A stretch of DNA of 64,000 nt from Bacteroidia bacterium (GTDB taxonomy: Bacteria; Bacteroidota; Bacteroidia; NS11-12g; UBA955). The notes below the pieces were generated by a model that saw nothing but the letters and a program-made list of their open reading frames with translations, did not search any database and had not been told where the DNA came from. Shown here piece by piece: positions 29,295 to 40,252 of the stretch. A program made the position numbers and the translations under genes. Where the stretch lies: positions 26,743 through 90,742 of the forward strand of contig JBBAKM010000010.1 of assembly GCA_040403495.1 (NCBI GenBank), read 5' to 3'. The first letter of the stretch is position 1, and each line of letters begins with the position of its first letter.

Positions 29295-30590
29295 TTGAAC
29301 CTCAATTCAAATATGTTATCATCTATTCTATTCATTATTGTAACAGCTGTGGCTGTTTGGTATGTAAGCAAAAGCGTCAAAAAAATCGCTAGAAACATCC
29401 ATATGGGGCGCTCTGAGAGCTTTAATGACAACAAAGGTCTGCGATTGCAAACCATGCTGAGAGTCGCTTTTGGACAGTCTAAAATGACCAAAAAACCAAT
29501 TCCAGCTTTCTTGCATTTTATCGTTTATGCAGGTTTTATTTTAATCAATATCGAGGTCTTGGAGATAATTATTGACGGAATTACCGGAAATCACCGCATT
29601 TTTCAACCTCTACTCGGCGGATTTTACGGTTTTTTGATTGGATTTTTTGAAATTTTAGGCGTTTTAGTCATTTTAGCTTGTATTGCTTTCTTATACAGAC
29701 GTCATGTTTCTAAAGTTAAAAGATTCACGGGCGTGGAAATGAACGGATGGCCAATTAAAGATGCTAATTACATTTTATTCATAGAAATTGTGCTAATGTC
29801 TGCCTTATTATTAATGAATGCCGCTGATGCCCCTTTGCAAGGTGCCTATCAATTGCCCGTTAGTCAGTTCTTAGCGCCTATTTTTAGCTCAATGGGCGAA
29901 CATGCACTTCACATAACAGTGAAGTTGTTCTGGTGGATTCATTGGATTGGGATTTTATTGTTTGTAAACTACATTCCATTCAGCAAACACTTGCATATTT
30001 TCTTGGCTTTCCCTAATACCTATTACAGTAAATTGGAACCAGTAGGGGAAATTCCTAATATGGCAAGCGTAACAACAGAGGTAAAATTAATGCTAGACCC
30101 TTCTTTTACGCCTCCCGATAATTATCAGTCACCCGAAGGGTTTGGTGCTAAAGATGTAGCAGACTTGTCATGGAAAAACCTAATGGAAGCCTATTCTTGC
30201 ACCGAATGTGGTCGTTGTACAAGTGCTTGTCCAGCCAATATCACCGGAAAGTTGCTTTCTCCTCGTAAAGTAATGATGGATACCCGCGACCGATTGGTTG
30301 AATTGGGCAATGAAAAAGATAAAAATGGTCCCGATTTTCACGATGGGAAAAGTTTGCACGATAAAATTTCAAGCGAAGAGCTTTGGGCTTGTACCACTTG
30401 TAATGCCTGCGTGGATGCCTGTCCTATTAATATCAGACCTGTTGATATTATCATGCAAATGCGTCAATATTTGGTAATGGAACAAAGTGCAGCGCCTTCT
30501 GAATTAAATGGAATGTTAACCAATTTGGAAAACAACAGCGCACCTTGGCAGTTTTCTCCTTCTGACAGAGCGAATTGGACTAATCAATAG
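29295..30590 (+). CDS. Membrane-anchored (Fe-S)-binding oxidoreductase with two 4Fe-4S ferredoxin motifs (HdrD/GlpC-like)
   Basis: N-terminal TM helices. CTECGRCTSACP and CTTCNACVDACP cluster motifs. Confidence 0.7.
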   Translation: MNLNSNMLSSILFIIVTAVAVWYVSKSVKKIARNIHMGRSESFNDNKGLRLQTMLRVAFGQSKMTKKPIPAFLHFIVYAGFILINIEVLEIIIDGITGNHRIFQPLLGGFYGFLIGFFEILGVLVILACIAFLYRRHVSKVKRFTGVEMNGWPIKDANYILFIEIVLMSALLLMNAADAPLQGAYQLPVSQFLAPIFSSMGEHALHITVKLFWWIHWIGILLFVNYIPFSKHLHIFLAFPNTYYSKLEPVGEIPNMASVTTEVKLMLDPSFTPPDNYQSPEGFGAKDVADLSWKNLMEAYSCTECGRCTSACPANITGKLLSPRKVMMDTRDRLVELGNEKDKNGPDFHDGKSLHDKISSEELWACTTCNACVDACPINIRPVDIIMQMRQYLVMEQSAAPSELNGMLTNLENNSAPWQFSPSDRANWTNQ

Positions 30591-31354
30591 CTAATCCAAT
30601 ATTTCCCTTTGGGATCCACTAATGGCTTAGGAGGGGTTTTCATTAATTCAAAAAAGTTATACCCACTCTGTAAGTTTTTCCAAAAATCTAGCTTAACAGG
30701 GTCGAATGAATACGTTTTCTTTAAGAAATTCCAATTAGTAGCATTCATTCGGCATGGGTAAATGTGGATTGGAATGTAATAATTGTTGTTTTTGTTTGAA
30801 TTGGCTTGAATATTACACCAATAAAGCTCCTTTATAACTTCATCGCTCATGGGTAAACACCCGATGGTTAAGCTGTCGCCATGAACAAAGATTTGCCCGC
30901 CGTATTGCCCCTTTTTACCAAGTATGCTATCGCTTTTGTTGGGATAAGAGACTTTGAAAGATAGGTAAAAATTGCTGTAAGGATTGTATTGATTAATGTG
31001 GTAATAGCCTTCGGGAATTTGAAAGTCACCTTCAAATCTTTTGGGGCCAAGCGTTCCCGAAGTATTGACTATAGCGTAAGTTTTTATTAATTTGTATCGG
31101 TGGTGCGCACTGTCTGCCGCCCATAACTCCAATTGTTTTTCCTTTTTAAAAGCTCTCCAATAAACATATTTGGGAGGGTAGGAAAGGTAGTTAGACTCAA
31201 ATAAATTCTTTAAGGTCTCGTCACAACTTAAACGGGCGTTCCAAACCCTTTGATTGCCAAGCTGTTTTTCGGAAAATACCTGAGGTTGCCCTATCGATTG
31301 GAGGGAATAAAACAACAAAAAAAATAAAATTCCTTTGCTAAATGTCATTTTCAA
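30584..31354 (-). CDS. L,D-transpeptidase catalytic-domain family protein (secreted)
   Basis: Signal peptide. YkuD-like HG…S.GC motif (IFVHGDSLTIGCLPM). Confidence 0.55.
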   Translation of the reverse strand: MKMTFSKGILFFLLFYSLQSIGQPQVFSEKQLGNQRVWNARLSCDETLKNLFESNYLSYPPKYVYWRAFKKEKQLELWAADSAHHRYKLIKTYAIVNTSGTLGPKRFEGDFQIPEGYYHINQYNPYSNFYLSFKVSYPNKSDSILGKKGQYGGQIFVHGDSLTIGCLPMSDEVIKELYWCNIQANSNKNNNYYIPIHIYPCRMNATNWNFLKKTYSFDPVKLDFWKNLQSGYNFFELMKTPPKPLVDPKGKYWISY

Positions 31355-32788
31355 CTAATCTACAATGCTGACTTTAATGCTATTGGCCATTGATTTTTTA
31401 TGGATAGGCATACTTGCAGTGTGAACAACAATATCGCCATTTTCTACCAATTTGTTATTTTTTAAAACCTCTATTACATCGGTAAAGGTTTGGTCTGTAC
31501 TGATGTAATCGTCATAATAAAAGCCTCTAACACCCCAAACCAAACTCATGGCTTTTAGCAAAACTTCGTTATTGGTAAAAATAAAAATATCGGCTTTCGG
31601 TCTGTATGAAGATAATTCTAAAGCAGAATATCCTGAACGGGTCATTCCAACGATAGATTTAGCTTTTAGGTGGTCGCTCATTCTAACCGCGGTAAAGCAA
31701 ATTTCATCAGAAAGGAAAGTGTCACTGTCTGGAGTTGGTTTGGTCCCTTTGTAATAAACACGTTTGTCTTTTTCTACGTCACGAACAATTTTCTCCATGG
31801 TTTCTACTACTTTAATAGGGAATTTACCAATACTTGTTTCGGCACTAAGCATTACAGCATCAGCACCATCAATAACCGCATTGGCAACATCACTCACTTC
31901 TGCTCTAGTAGGAGTAGAGTTGTATATCATGCTTTCCATCATTTGTGTTGCAACAATAACAGGTTTGGCTGCTTTGATACATTTGTCAATGATGTTTTTT
32001 TGAATAATAGGTAAATCTTGCAAAGGCATTTCAACACCTAAGTCGCCTCTAGCTACCATTACTGCATCGGTAACAGCAATGATTGAATCAATATTTTTTA
32101 CCGCTTCAGGTTTCTCGATTTTTGCAATTACTCTACAGTCTTTTCCACTTGCTGCAATGCGTTTTTTTAAATCGATAATGTCTTCAGCTTTTCTAACAAA
32201 AGACAAACCAATCCACTCAATATCATTTTCAAGAGCAAAATCTAGGTCAAGCAAATCTTTTTCAGTTAAGCTAGGAAAGGAAACATCGGTGTGGGGTAAA
32301 TTGAATCCTTTTTTTGATTTAAGTAAACCACCTTCTATTACCTCGGCTTCAACATCTGTGGTATTCAAAACTTTGATGATTTTTAATTCCAATTTGCCGT
32401 CATCCAACAGAATATGTTCTCCGGGTTTAACATCTTTTGCTAAATCGATGTAACGAATGGTTATTTTGTCTTTATTGCCAATTAATTCATTGCAGGTTAA
32501 AATTAGTTTATGCCCTTTTTCAATGGTTATTTCGTCATTTTCTACGATGCCTATTCTTAGTTTAGGTCCTTGTAAATCCTGAAGAATGCAAATGTCTGAA
32601 TTTAACTCTTTGTTAATTTCGCGAATGGCGGTAATAACTTTTTTGTGGTCTTCTTGAGTGCCGTGAGAAGAGTTTATTCGGCACACATCAACACCTGCAA
32701 GAATTAGTTTTTTAAGCATTTCTTTTGATTCGGTAGCAGGTCCAATAGTGGCTACAATTTTTGTTTTGTTAAAATTATATTTATACAT
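31355..32788 (-). CDS. pyk: Pyruvate kinase
   Basis: TKIVATIGPA…MVARGDLGVE…, full-length PK with C-terminal regulatory domain. Confidence 0.95.
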   Translation of the reverse strand: MYKYNFNKTKIVATIGPATESKEMLKKLILAGVDVCRINSSHGTQEDHKKVITAIREINKELNSDICILQDLQGPKLRIGIVENDEITIEKGHKLILTCNELIGNKDKITIRYIDLAKDVKPGEHILLDDGKLELKIIKVLNTTDVEAEVIEGGLLKSKKGFNLPHTDVSFPSLTEKDLLDLDFALENDIEWIGLSFVRKAEDIIDLKKRIAASGKDCRVIAKIEKPEAVKNIDSIIAVTDAVMVARGDLGVEMPLQDLPIIQKNIIDKCIKAAKPVIVATQMMESMIYNSTPTRAEVSDVANAVIDGADAVMLSAETSIGKFPIKVVETMEKIVRDVEKDKRVYYKGTKPTPDSDTFLSDEICFTAVRMSDHLKAKSIVGMTRSGYSALELSSYRPKADIFIFTNNEVLLKAMSLVWGVRGFYYDDYISTDQTFTDVIEVLKNNKLVENGDIVVHTASMPIHKKSMANSIKVSIVD

Positions 32789-33227
32789 GAAGGTCGTTTA
32801 TAAATTCTTTGTTTTTTTTAATGTTTTGATAAATGAAGTCAGGATTTTTGATAATGGATAAGTCAAAACCAAAAGTATGTTCAACTTTAGGCGCTTTTTT
32901 TAGGTCTTCTAGTGCCCGATTAAAGTAGGAAAATAAATCTTCACCGGAACAAATAAAGAAAAAATCAAAATTGGGTTTAGTTTTCAAAAAATAACTTTTA
33001 CTCCCTTTGTTTGCTATCAAATGCCAATTGAGTTCCACATCTTCGAAATTACAAAAATAATGTAAGTGATGGCTGATTTCGTTACTTGGTGTAATTTTTT
33101 GCCAATCTAAAGACAATGCTAAATCCATTTGAAATACATGATTAATTTGCCACGCCAAAGAGTAGGCTGGTAAATTAGATTTAATAGCAGCTATTTGTAA
33201 AGGTATCATAGCCGAGTGATTTGTCAT
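32781..33227 (-). CDS. Hypothetical protein (148 aa), co-operonic with pyk
   Basis: ORF only. Overlaps the pyk start by 8 nt. Confidence 0.4.
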   Translation of the reverse strand: MTNHSAMIPLQIAAIKSNLPAYSLAWQINHVFQMDLALSLDWQKITPSNEISHHLHYFCNFEDVELNWHLIANKGSKSYFLKTKPNFDFFFICSGEDLFSYFNRALEDLKKAPKVEHTFGFDLSIIKNPDFIYQNIKKNKEFINDLHV

Positions 33228-33311
33228 TCTTTTTCTTTAATGGAAGGACAAAGTTAATGAAAAACTAACAATTCACACTAATTTCAGTCGAATTCAAGCT
33301 AATTCAATCGA

Positions 33312-34388
33312 TTATTTTGTTATCAATCTGTTTACGGCATTGTAAACCAAATCAGTAGGGAGATTACTCATACAGCTTTGACCAAATTTACATTGTCCAC
33401 GGTAAAAACATTCGCATTTTTTTTCGGGCATCACAATTTCACCATTCCCAAACAAGTCAAACTCATGTGGATTGAAAATGTTATTCATTAATACGATTTT
33501 TTTCTGTAAGCCAAGAGTAAGGTGCATGCCCATTGTAACTTGTGTAACTACCAAGTCACATTGGTCTATCAGATTAATAAATTGAGGTAAACTAAAGTAA
33601 CCTAAATATTTTGCGCCACTTTTTTCTTTTATTTCAAGGTTCCGTTTGTCCTCTTGTTCTCCACCTAATAAAATAACTTCAAATCCATCGTTAATTAGTT
33701 TTTTAGCCAATTCAATAAAATAGTCAATAGGCCATAAACGTGTGGTCCATCGGTCACCACAACCTGTGTTTAATCCAATCACTTTTTTGGTTTTGTCTAT
33801 TTGTGGCCACACGTATCCAGCATTAGCATGGTTGTCTAATAAATAAGGTTCTCCTTGGTATTCCAAGCCGCACAAAGCGTAAATCTCTTGACAGTAATTA
33901 AGCGTATTCGCCTGACTTACATCGTCAAACAATCCAGTGTGGTATTTGTGGAATGCAAGTTCGTTTGCGGGTTGAGAAACATTGTCTTTGAGGATGTAAC
34001 CGTATTTTTCGTTGGCTTTTACTTTTAATAATAAAGCAGAAGCTTCTTTTTCTTTGTCTAAATTGATAGCAATGTCAAATTGGGCTTCTTGCAAATAAAG
34101 AGAAGAGGCGAAATCGAACTTTAATATTTCATCAATTTGACCCTTCGGAAGTATTGCAGGGGTTTGTGTAAGCCAAGTGATTTTACAATCGGGATACATT
34201 TTTTTGTAAGTTTTTACCAAAGGTGTTGTTCTAATTACGTCACCTATAGCGCCAAGTTTAATTATTAAAATGCGTTTTGAAATTGGGGTGTATTTTGGGC
34301 AATTGTCACAATGATAGCCATTTTCCTTGTGAGGAAGGCAAGGGACATCCCCTTTAAAATGTAAACAGTCGGCATTAAATTTTTGCAT
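33312..34388 (-). CDS. Glycosyltransferase family 9 protein with an N-terminal Cys-rich segment
   Basis: ILIIKLGAIGDVIRTTPLV GT9 motif. C-terminal Cys cluster CECFYRGQCKFGQSC. Confidence 0.7.
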   Translation of the reverse strand: MQKFNADCLHFKGDVPCLPHKENGYHCDNCPKYTPISKRILIIKLGAIGDVIRTTPLVKTYKKMYPDCKITWLTQTPAILPKGQIDEILKFDFASSLYLQEAQFDIAINLDKEKEASALLLKVKANEKYGYILKDNVSQPANELAFHKYHTGLFDDVSQANTLNYCQEIYALCGLEYQGEPYLLDNHANAGYVWPQIDKTKKVIGLNTGCGDRWTTRLWPIDYFIELAKKLINDGFEVILLGGEQEDKRNLEIKEKSGAKYLGYFSLPQFINLIDQCDLVVTQVTMGMHLTLGLQKKIVLMNNIFNPHEFDLFGNGEIVMPEKKCECFYRGQCKFGQSCMSNLPTDLVYNAVNRLITK

Positions 34389-34535
34389 ATACTATGTTTG
34401 CAAAATAATGATTTTTGTAGGGGATTTAAAAATTTAAATAAAGTTTTTGTTGAATTCGTCCAACTTTTTGTGAAAATCATCGTCTATTATGGTACAAACT
34501 TTGTAGTATAAAGAATTGTTACTATATTTGTATAA

Positions 34536-37500
34536 TTGATGCTAAATCGTAAGTATATATTCGTAAATCTCCTTTTAATTGCTGTTTTTTTTGCAAAAGA
34601 TTTATCAGCAACGCATCTTGTAGGTGGATTTATTAGCTATCAATACCAAAGTTTAACAGCCTCTGGTGCCCGTTATTTAGTAACCATTAAAGCATACAGA
34701 GATTGCAGACCCAATCCTTCGGTCGACTTTGCTTCTAATATCGATGTTTGTGTGTACCGAAGAGATAATTCCCAATTACACAGAACTGAAACTTTTCGTC
34801 TTCTTTCTAGAAAGCCAGTTAGACCTATAGGTAGAACTGATTGTCCTGAAGCGCTTAATACATGTTTGGAGGAAGCTATTTATCAAAAAATAGTGGATTT
34901 GCCTACAAGTTCGTTTGGCTATATTCTCAAATGGGAGGTATGCTGCCGTAATACTCAAGTAAATCTGAGAGACGACCCAACAGAAGGACAGCCTTTTATT
35001 GGACAAACCTACCAAACGGTGATTCCGCCAACAAACGTAAGAAACAGTTCTCCTTATTTTTCTGAAGTGCCAGTTCCTTTTATTTGTATCAACGATACCA
35101 CAGACGCTATAAATTATGCAATAGATCCCGATGGTGATTCTTTGGTTTATAGATTGGCAACCCCATGGTATGGTGCAAGTTTAAGTGTTAATTATCCAGG
35201 GTGTACTCAAAATTATATCGCCCCTGTGCCCATCAGTAACTCGGATTACAGACCCGGTTTTAATGGTCAAATACCATTTGGAGCAACAGGTTATGTTGAT
35301 ATAAATCCTAGAAATGGAATAACGCGTTATTTTGCCAGACAAACAGGTAATTATGCCCTCGCCATAGATTTGGATGAATATAGAAATGGGGTTTTGCTGA
35401 GTTCAACAAGGTTGGATTTGCAAATCTTAGTCATTAATTGTGCTTTAAACAATCAACCAACCCTGTCAACGTCAACATCCAACTTAAGTGTGGTAGCAGG
35501 AGGGAGGTTGTGTTTTAATGTCGTGTCAAATGACATTGACAATCACACTGTAACATTGTCGGGGATTGGCGATATACTAACGGGTGCCAATGGGTTTGTG
35601 GGAAACAGGGCAACGTTTCCAACAGCATCTGCAAGAGGCTCTGTGACTTCGGAATTTTGTTGGCAAACAAGTTGTAATCAAGTAAGAAATGAACCCTATT
35701 TATTTACTGCGTTTGCGGTTGATAATGGTTGTCCTTCAAAATACAAAATAAAGAATTTCGAAATTAGGGTGCGACCATTTAACCCAACTATAAATTTAAA
35801 TGGACCAACTAGCCTTTGTCAAGGAGAAAAAAATGTCCAATATACCATTATAGCCAATGCGGCTTTCCCTGATGATATTGTTGGAATTACTTATGATATA
35901 AGCATCACAGGAGGGCAGTTGGTGTCTCAAAATGGGAATCAATTTGTGGTTAATTGGAATTTTGGACCAAACCAAGGGATTATAGAAATTACACCAAAAT
36001 CTATTTTTGGATGTGAGGGAAGACGCATTCAAAGAACCATTGTGTTAAGACCTGCTGCATCTACACCAATTATTCCATCAATAGATACACTCTGTGAAAA
36101 TACTTTAAAGTCTTACTCTATCCCTTCTATCAATGGCTACACTTATCAATGGTGGATTCAAAATGGCGTTTTTCTAAATGCTTCAAACTCCAATGCGGTA
36201 AATGTAAGATGGGGTGCGCCCGGAAATGCCCAATTGAAAGTCGTTCAACGCAATGAATTCAATTGCCCAAGTGACACTGCCTTTTTAAACATCTGGGTTG
36301 CCAAACCCAACACAAGCCCTATCGGTGGAAGACAAACGGTTTGTCCTTTTTCTACTTTAGTGGATTACAGTGTGACTTCGCCTAATTATGGAAGTACTTT
36401 TTTATGGATTGTAACTGGTGGCGATATTGTAAGTAATCCAACCCCTAATGCTATTCAGGTCAATTGGGGTGCCGAAGGTTTGGGTGTAATCAAGGTGTTA
36501 GAAACCAACCGCTTTGGTTGTGCAGGTGACACTGTTACTCGATTTGTTTCCAAAACGTATGACTTAGTCGCTGATTCTATTCGTGGTTTAAGCAATGTAT
36601 GTGAGTTCACAACTGGAGTTGAATATGCTGTTCCATTTACCAATAGGTCTGTTTATACTTGGGCTGTAAGTGGTGGAACAATTACAAGTGGACAAGGTAC
36701 TCACAAAATTACAGTGGATTGGGGTGGTCAAACGACTGGTTCTGTCTCAATGTTTGAGAGAAGTATTGATACCGTTAATAACAAAGAATGTATAAGTGGG
36801 GTGTTTAATTATACTGTAAATGTTCGACCTTTCCCTGTAGCGAATCAAATTATTGGTCCCAATTCTTATTGCCAATCGTCAGGAGATTACTTGTTTATAT
36901 TAAATGGATATGCTAATTCAAGTTATTTGTGGACCATTAATCCCAATAATTGGACTATCCGAGGGCAAGGAAATGACAGCGTGTTTATAAATTCTACTGC
37001 GTTTGGAACTTACCGTTTAAGTGTAACAGAAACCACCGAATTTGGTTGTGAAGGGAATCCCGTAAACATCGATGTTGAAGTTTATCCTAAGCCAACATCA
37101 AATGCTATTTTAGGAGACACTGTTATATGCTTACCAAATGTAACCAATAAAACCTACAGTGTTACGGGATTTGCTAATTCTGTGTTTAATTGGGCGGTCA
37201 ATGGAGGTCAAATCGTCAACAATTCTAACAATCAAATAACGGTTAATTGGAGTGGTCAAAAAGACAATTCAGTAACGGTTTTTGAAGTTTCAGAAAATGG
37301 ATGCGTGGGTGATACCTTAGAAATTGCCGTTTATTACGACAATCCGAGCTTGTATTTGAATTATCTTACCGTTAATCCTCCACCCAATAATGACAATGGT
37401 GTTGAATTGTTTTGGCAAATCTTTAATGCAGAACGCCATGCAACTCCCATTATAATTGAAAGAAGAAAAACTGGCACAACAGAAACATTTGCTGGCGTTG

Positions 37501-38171
37501 CCTCTGTAAACAAAACTGAGGTTAATTATTTACATACACCAATTAATACAGACAGTTTTGCTTACGATTACAGAATCAGAGGAACCGATTTATGCGGAGA
37601 ACCTTTTTATTCTAGGATACATACCAATGTATTACTAACCGGTACTAAGGTTGGGGCTTATGAAGTGTCAATGAATTTTATGCCATATCTAGGGTGGGGA
37701 AATGCCGCAATCACTTATGACATCTACCGCTATTTACCAGAAAGCACTGCTTATGTGCTTTATGAACCAAATGTAAATTCATTTTCAGCCTACTATAACA
37801 ATGGTCAGGAATATTACACACAATGTTACAGAGTAAAAGCCACAAAAGTGGGTACTGATACTGTTTCTTGGAGTAATGATATTTGCTTTAACTTTGAACC
37901 AATTCTTTACATCCCAAATGCATTTACACCAAATGACGATGATTTGAATGATCAGTTTATATTGTCTGGTGGTGCATTAAAGACTATTGATTTCAAAATA
38001 TTTAACCGTTGGGGAGAATTGTTATTCCAGTCTGACAACTTAAAAACCTTTTGGAATGGGATGTACAAAGACAAATTACAACCTCAAGGGGTTTACATGT
38101 ATTCATGTACTTACACTGATTTTAGAGGTAAGTTGTATTCTACCAAAGGAACAATTACTTTGTTGAAGTAA
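34536..38171 (+). CDS. Large secreted repeat-domain protein with a type B T9SS C-terminal sorting domain (gliding motility-associated CTD)
   Basis: Signal peptide. Repeated Ig-like modules. C-terminal IPNAFTPNDDDLNDQF…FNRWGELLF signature of the T9SS type B CTD. Confidence 0.75.
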   Translation: MMLNRKYIFVNLLLIAVFFAKDLSATHLVGGFISYQYQSLTASGARYLVTIKAYRDCRPNPSVDFASNIDVCVYRRDNSQLHRTETFRLLSRKPVRPIGRTDCPEALNTCLEEAIYQKIVDLPTSSFGYILKWEVCCRNTQVNLRDDPTEGQPFIGQTYQTVIPPTNVRNSSPYFSEVPVPFICINDTTDAINYAIDPDGDSLVYRLATPWYGASLSVNYPGCTQNYIAPVPISNSDYRPGFNGQIPFGATGYVDINPRNGITRYFARQTGNYALAIDLDEYRNGVLLSSTRLDLQILVINCALNNQPTLSTSTSNLSVVAGGRLCFNVVSNDIDNHTVTLSGIGDILTGANGFVGNRATFPTASARGSVTSEFCWQTSCNQVRNEPYLFTAFAVDNGCPSKYKIKNFEIRVRPFNPTINLNGPTSLCQGEKNVQYTIIANAAFPDDIVGITYDISITGGQLVSQNGNQFVVNWNFGPNQGIIEITPKSIFGCEGRRIQRTIVLRPAASTPIIPSIDTLCENTLKSYSIPSINGYTYQWWIQNGVFLNASNSNAVNVRWGAPGNAQLKVVQRNEFNCPSDTAFLNIWVAKPNTSPIGGRQTVCPFSTLVDYSVTSPNYGSTFLWIVTGGDIVSNPTPNAIQVNWGAEGLGVIKVLETNRFGCAGDTVTRFVSKTYDLVADSIRGLSNVCEFTTGVEYAVPFTNRSVYTWAVSGGTITSGQGTHKITVDWGGQTTGSVSMFERSIDTVNNKECISGVFNYTVNVRPFPVANQIIGPNSYCQSSGDYLFILNGYANSSYLWTINPNNWTIRGQGNDSVFINSTAFGTYRLSVTETTEFGCEGNPVNIDVEVYPKPTSNAILGDTVICLPNVTNKTYSVTGFANSVFNWAVNGGQIVNNSNNQITVNWSGQKDNSVTVFEVSENGCVGDTLEIAVYYDNPSLYLNYLTVNPPPNNDNGVELFWQIFNAERHATPIIIERRKTGTTETFAGVASVNKTEVNYLHTPINTDSFAYDYRIRGTDLCGEPFYSRIHTNVLLTGTKVGAYEVSMNFMPYLGWGNAAITYDIYRYLPESTAYVLYEPNVNSFSAYYNNGQEYYTQCYRVKATKVGTDTVSWSNDICFNFEPILYIPNAFTPNDDDLNDQFILSGGALKTIDFKIFNRWGELLFQSDNLKTFWNGMYKDKLQPQGVYMYSCTYTDFRGKLYSTKGTITLLK

Positions 38172-38175
38172 TCAA

Positions 38176-39438
38176 TTACCCTTTCAATATGTTTAATATT
38201 TCGGCATAATCCCAATTTGTGCTGTACCAACAATCATCGTATCCATAAATAAACAACAGATTATATGCCGCAAAAACAAGGAGTAAAGCTAGTCCTGTGA
38301 TTTTGGTTTTTAGGTTATTCAATATTGTTCGGTTAATAAAACTCGCTAATCCGATGGCCAAGAAAGGATAATAATCCACAAAGGCTCTGCCTCCATAAGC
38401 GCAGCCAAACTGCCACGACCACCATGAAGCATTGATGTAAACTAAAACAGAGAAAAGAATTAAAAATCTAAACGAAAAAGAGGCACTAATCGGTTTGTAA
38501 AAATAACCCCAAAAGGCCAATAAGAATAGAGGGGCATAAGTTAAAAATCCATTGCAAGCGGCAAATAATACCTCAAGGATTTTGGGTGAATTCCAATTGG
38601 TAAAACCTTCACCCTTGTATGAATATGAAATCCAACTACCAGTGGCGTAATGCCAATAAAACATTTGAGGAATAACAATGGCAAAGCCAATGAGAAACGG
38701 TGCAATCCATCGATACCATTTTATTGACTTAAGGTCGCTCAAGTGATATTGGTGAAAGAAATAGGATAAAATAAAGAAAACTAGTAACAAATTAGTTGGT
38801 CTAATCAAAATTAAGAGAGCAAACAAAGGGACAAGGTACAAGATGGATTTGAGCTTCTTTTTTGAAATCAAAAACAAACTTAAACTGGCAATAAAAAAGG
38901 AATAAATATGTGACAATCCCGGGTGTTCAATGCCATAATAATATAGATTTGTGCAAGCAAGCAGCGCAATGCAGGTAAATAAACTGCTCTTTTTGTCAAA
39001 ATGTGTTGTAAGGAAGTAATAAAGGAGAAATAATCCTAAAAGGAGATAAAAAACACCAGCAAATAAAATGCTATTGACATAAGGTTGCGAAAATCCAGAC
39101 GCATCAAGTTGAAAAAGTTTACAAAAGGCATGAGTAACAATAAAAAATGGAAATTGGAGATAGGCAACGCCTGAGGTGTATTTGGTAAAAACTACCTTTT
39201 GAGAATCTCGTAAATAAAAACCATGACCGGTTAAGGAGTCCATTTTTTGGGGAATTTGGTCGTAGTCCCATTGGTAAATAAAAGTAGAAGGCAAATACAT
39301 GTAATATCCCGATGCATCTGCCCACATTGTGCTTTTATAGGTGTGTATTTTGTATTTTGAGTTGATATTTAAAGACAGAAATAACCCCAAGGAAAACAAA
39401 AACAGAAAAATAAGAATGGTTTTTTTCACAGCATTCAA
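38176..39438 (-). CDS. Polytopic membrane protein, possibly a GT-C type (ArnT/PMT-like) glycosyltransferase
   Basis: At least ten TM segments. Overall GT-C-like topology. No firm motif. Confidence 0.35.
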   Translation of the reverse strand: MNAVKKTILIFLFLFSLGLFLSLNINSKYKIHTYKSTMWADASGYYMYLPSTFIYQWDYDQIPQKMDSLTGHGFYLRDSQKVVFTKYTSGVAYLQFPFFIVTHAFCKLFQLDASGFSQPYVNSILFAGVFYLLLGLFLLYYFLTTHFDKKSSLFTCIALLACTNLYYYGIEHPGLSHIYSFFIASLSLFLISKKKLKSILYLVPLFALLILIRPTNLLLVFFILSYFFHQYHLSDLKSIKWYRWIAPFLIGFAIVIPQMFYWHYATGSWISYSYKGEGFTNWNSPKILEVLFAACNGFLTYAPLFLLAFWGYFYKPISASFSFRFLILFSVLVYINASWWSWQFGCAYGGRAFVDYYPFLAIGLASFINRTILNNLKTKITGLALLLVFAAYNLLFIYGYDDCWYSTNWDYAEILNILKG

Positions 39439-39501
39439 ATCTAATTTATTTTTTTTAAATGTTATATTATTACATGATTATTGTAATTTAAACTACATAT
39501 T

Positions 39502-40083
39502 TTGAAAAATACTATCGTTAGTCTGTTTGTAGGGTTGTTTCTTTTTAACTCTTATTACTTGTTTTCTCAGTCTGATAATTCAAGTAAATATCATTTAAGT
39601 GTTTATGACAATTTTGCTATTGACCTAACATCTCTTATTGATACACAGCATTTTTTAATTACACAAAATTATAAGGGAGTAAAGATTCTTTCAAAAAAAG
39701 ATTCAATTGTTTATCATCTTTTTTTGGTGAATGAGGAAGTTGTAAAGGAGAAAAAAAGACACTCTCAAAATGTCGAAAATGAATTATTGAATTATGTTTT
39801 TAAAACATATTTTGACAATTCTGTTCAAGATACTTCGGGTATTTTCTGTTATTCACTTATAAATATTAAGAAAAATTCGATGCTTGTTAATATTGTACCC
39901 TGTCAATTTGATTCCTTAGAATTTAATTTCGTAAACAACGTTTTGCTTGGTCTGATTAGGTATGGTAAAGAATCTAAAATCGTCGTAGTTAGTTCAATGC
40001 AAGTAGTTAGGAAAAAAGAAGAAATAAGAGATTCTCTTTTTTATAAGTTTGAAGATTATTTCAATAATCTTAAGTTAAATTAA
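39502..40083 (+). CDS. Hypothetical secreted protein
   Basis: Signal peptide. AT-rich ORF. Confidence 0.35.
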   Translation: MKNTIVSLFVGLFLFNSYYLFSQSDNSSKYHLSVYDNFAIDLTSLIDTQHFLITQNYKGVKILSKKDSIVYHLFLVNEEVVKEKKRHSQNVENELLNYVFKTYFDNSVQDTSGIFCYSLINIKKNSMLVNIVPCQFDSLEFNFVNNVLLGLIRYGKESKIVVVSSMQVVRKKEEIRDSLFYKFEDYFNNLKLN

Positions 40084-40252
40084 TCAATATTGAATATCGT
40101 GTTCAACGTTTTTGTAGATGCACAATGCCTGCCGCAACAAAAAAACACATATTAAGAATCAATAAATATTTAATTGATTGGGAGAGTAATGTTAAAATTA
40201 AATGTATGTTGAATTTGTTTATTAATAGTAGTCTATTATATTTGTTAAAATT

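Noticed and set aside
29295-29312. Alternative later start (ATG 29313, MLSSILF…) for the Fe-S oxidoreductase
   Set aside because: This cannot be resolved from sequence alone. It has no functional consequence, so I kept the longest ORF.
31548-32453. Plus-strand ORFs (68-124 aa) opposite pyruvate kinase
   Set aside because: They are antisense to a highly conserved gene. The translations are Ser/Thr/Ile-rich, low-complexity artifacts.
32781-33227. Possible IPExxxVDY-family identity for the small protein next to pyk
   Set aside because: The neighbourhood fits that family, but I could not see the eponymous motif in the translation. It is left as hypothetical.
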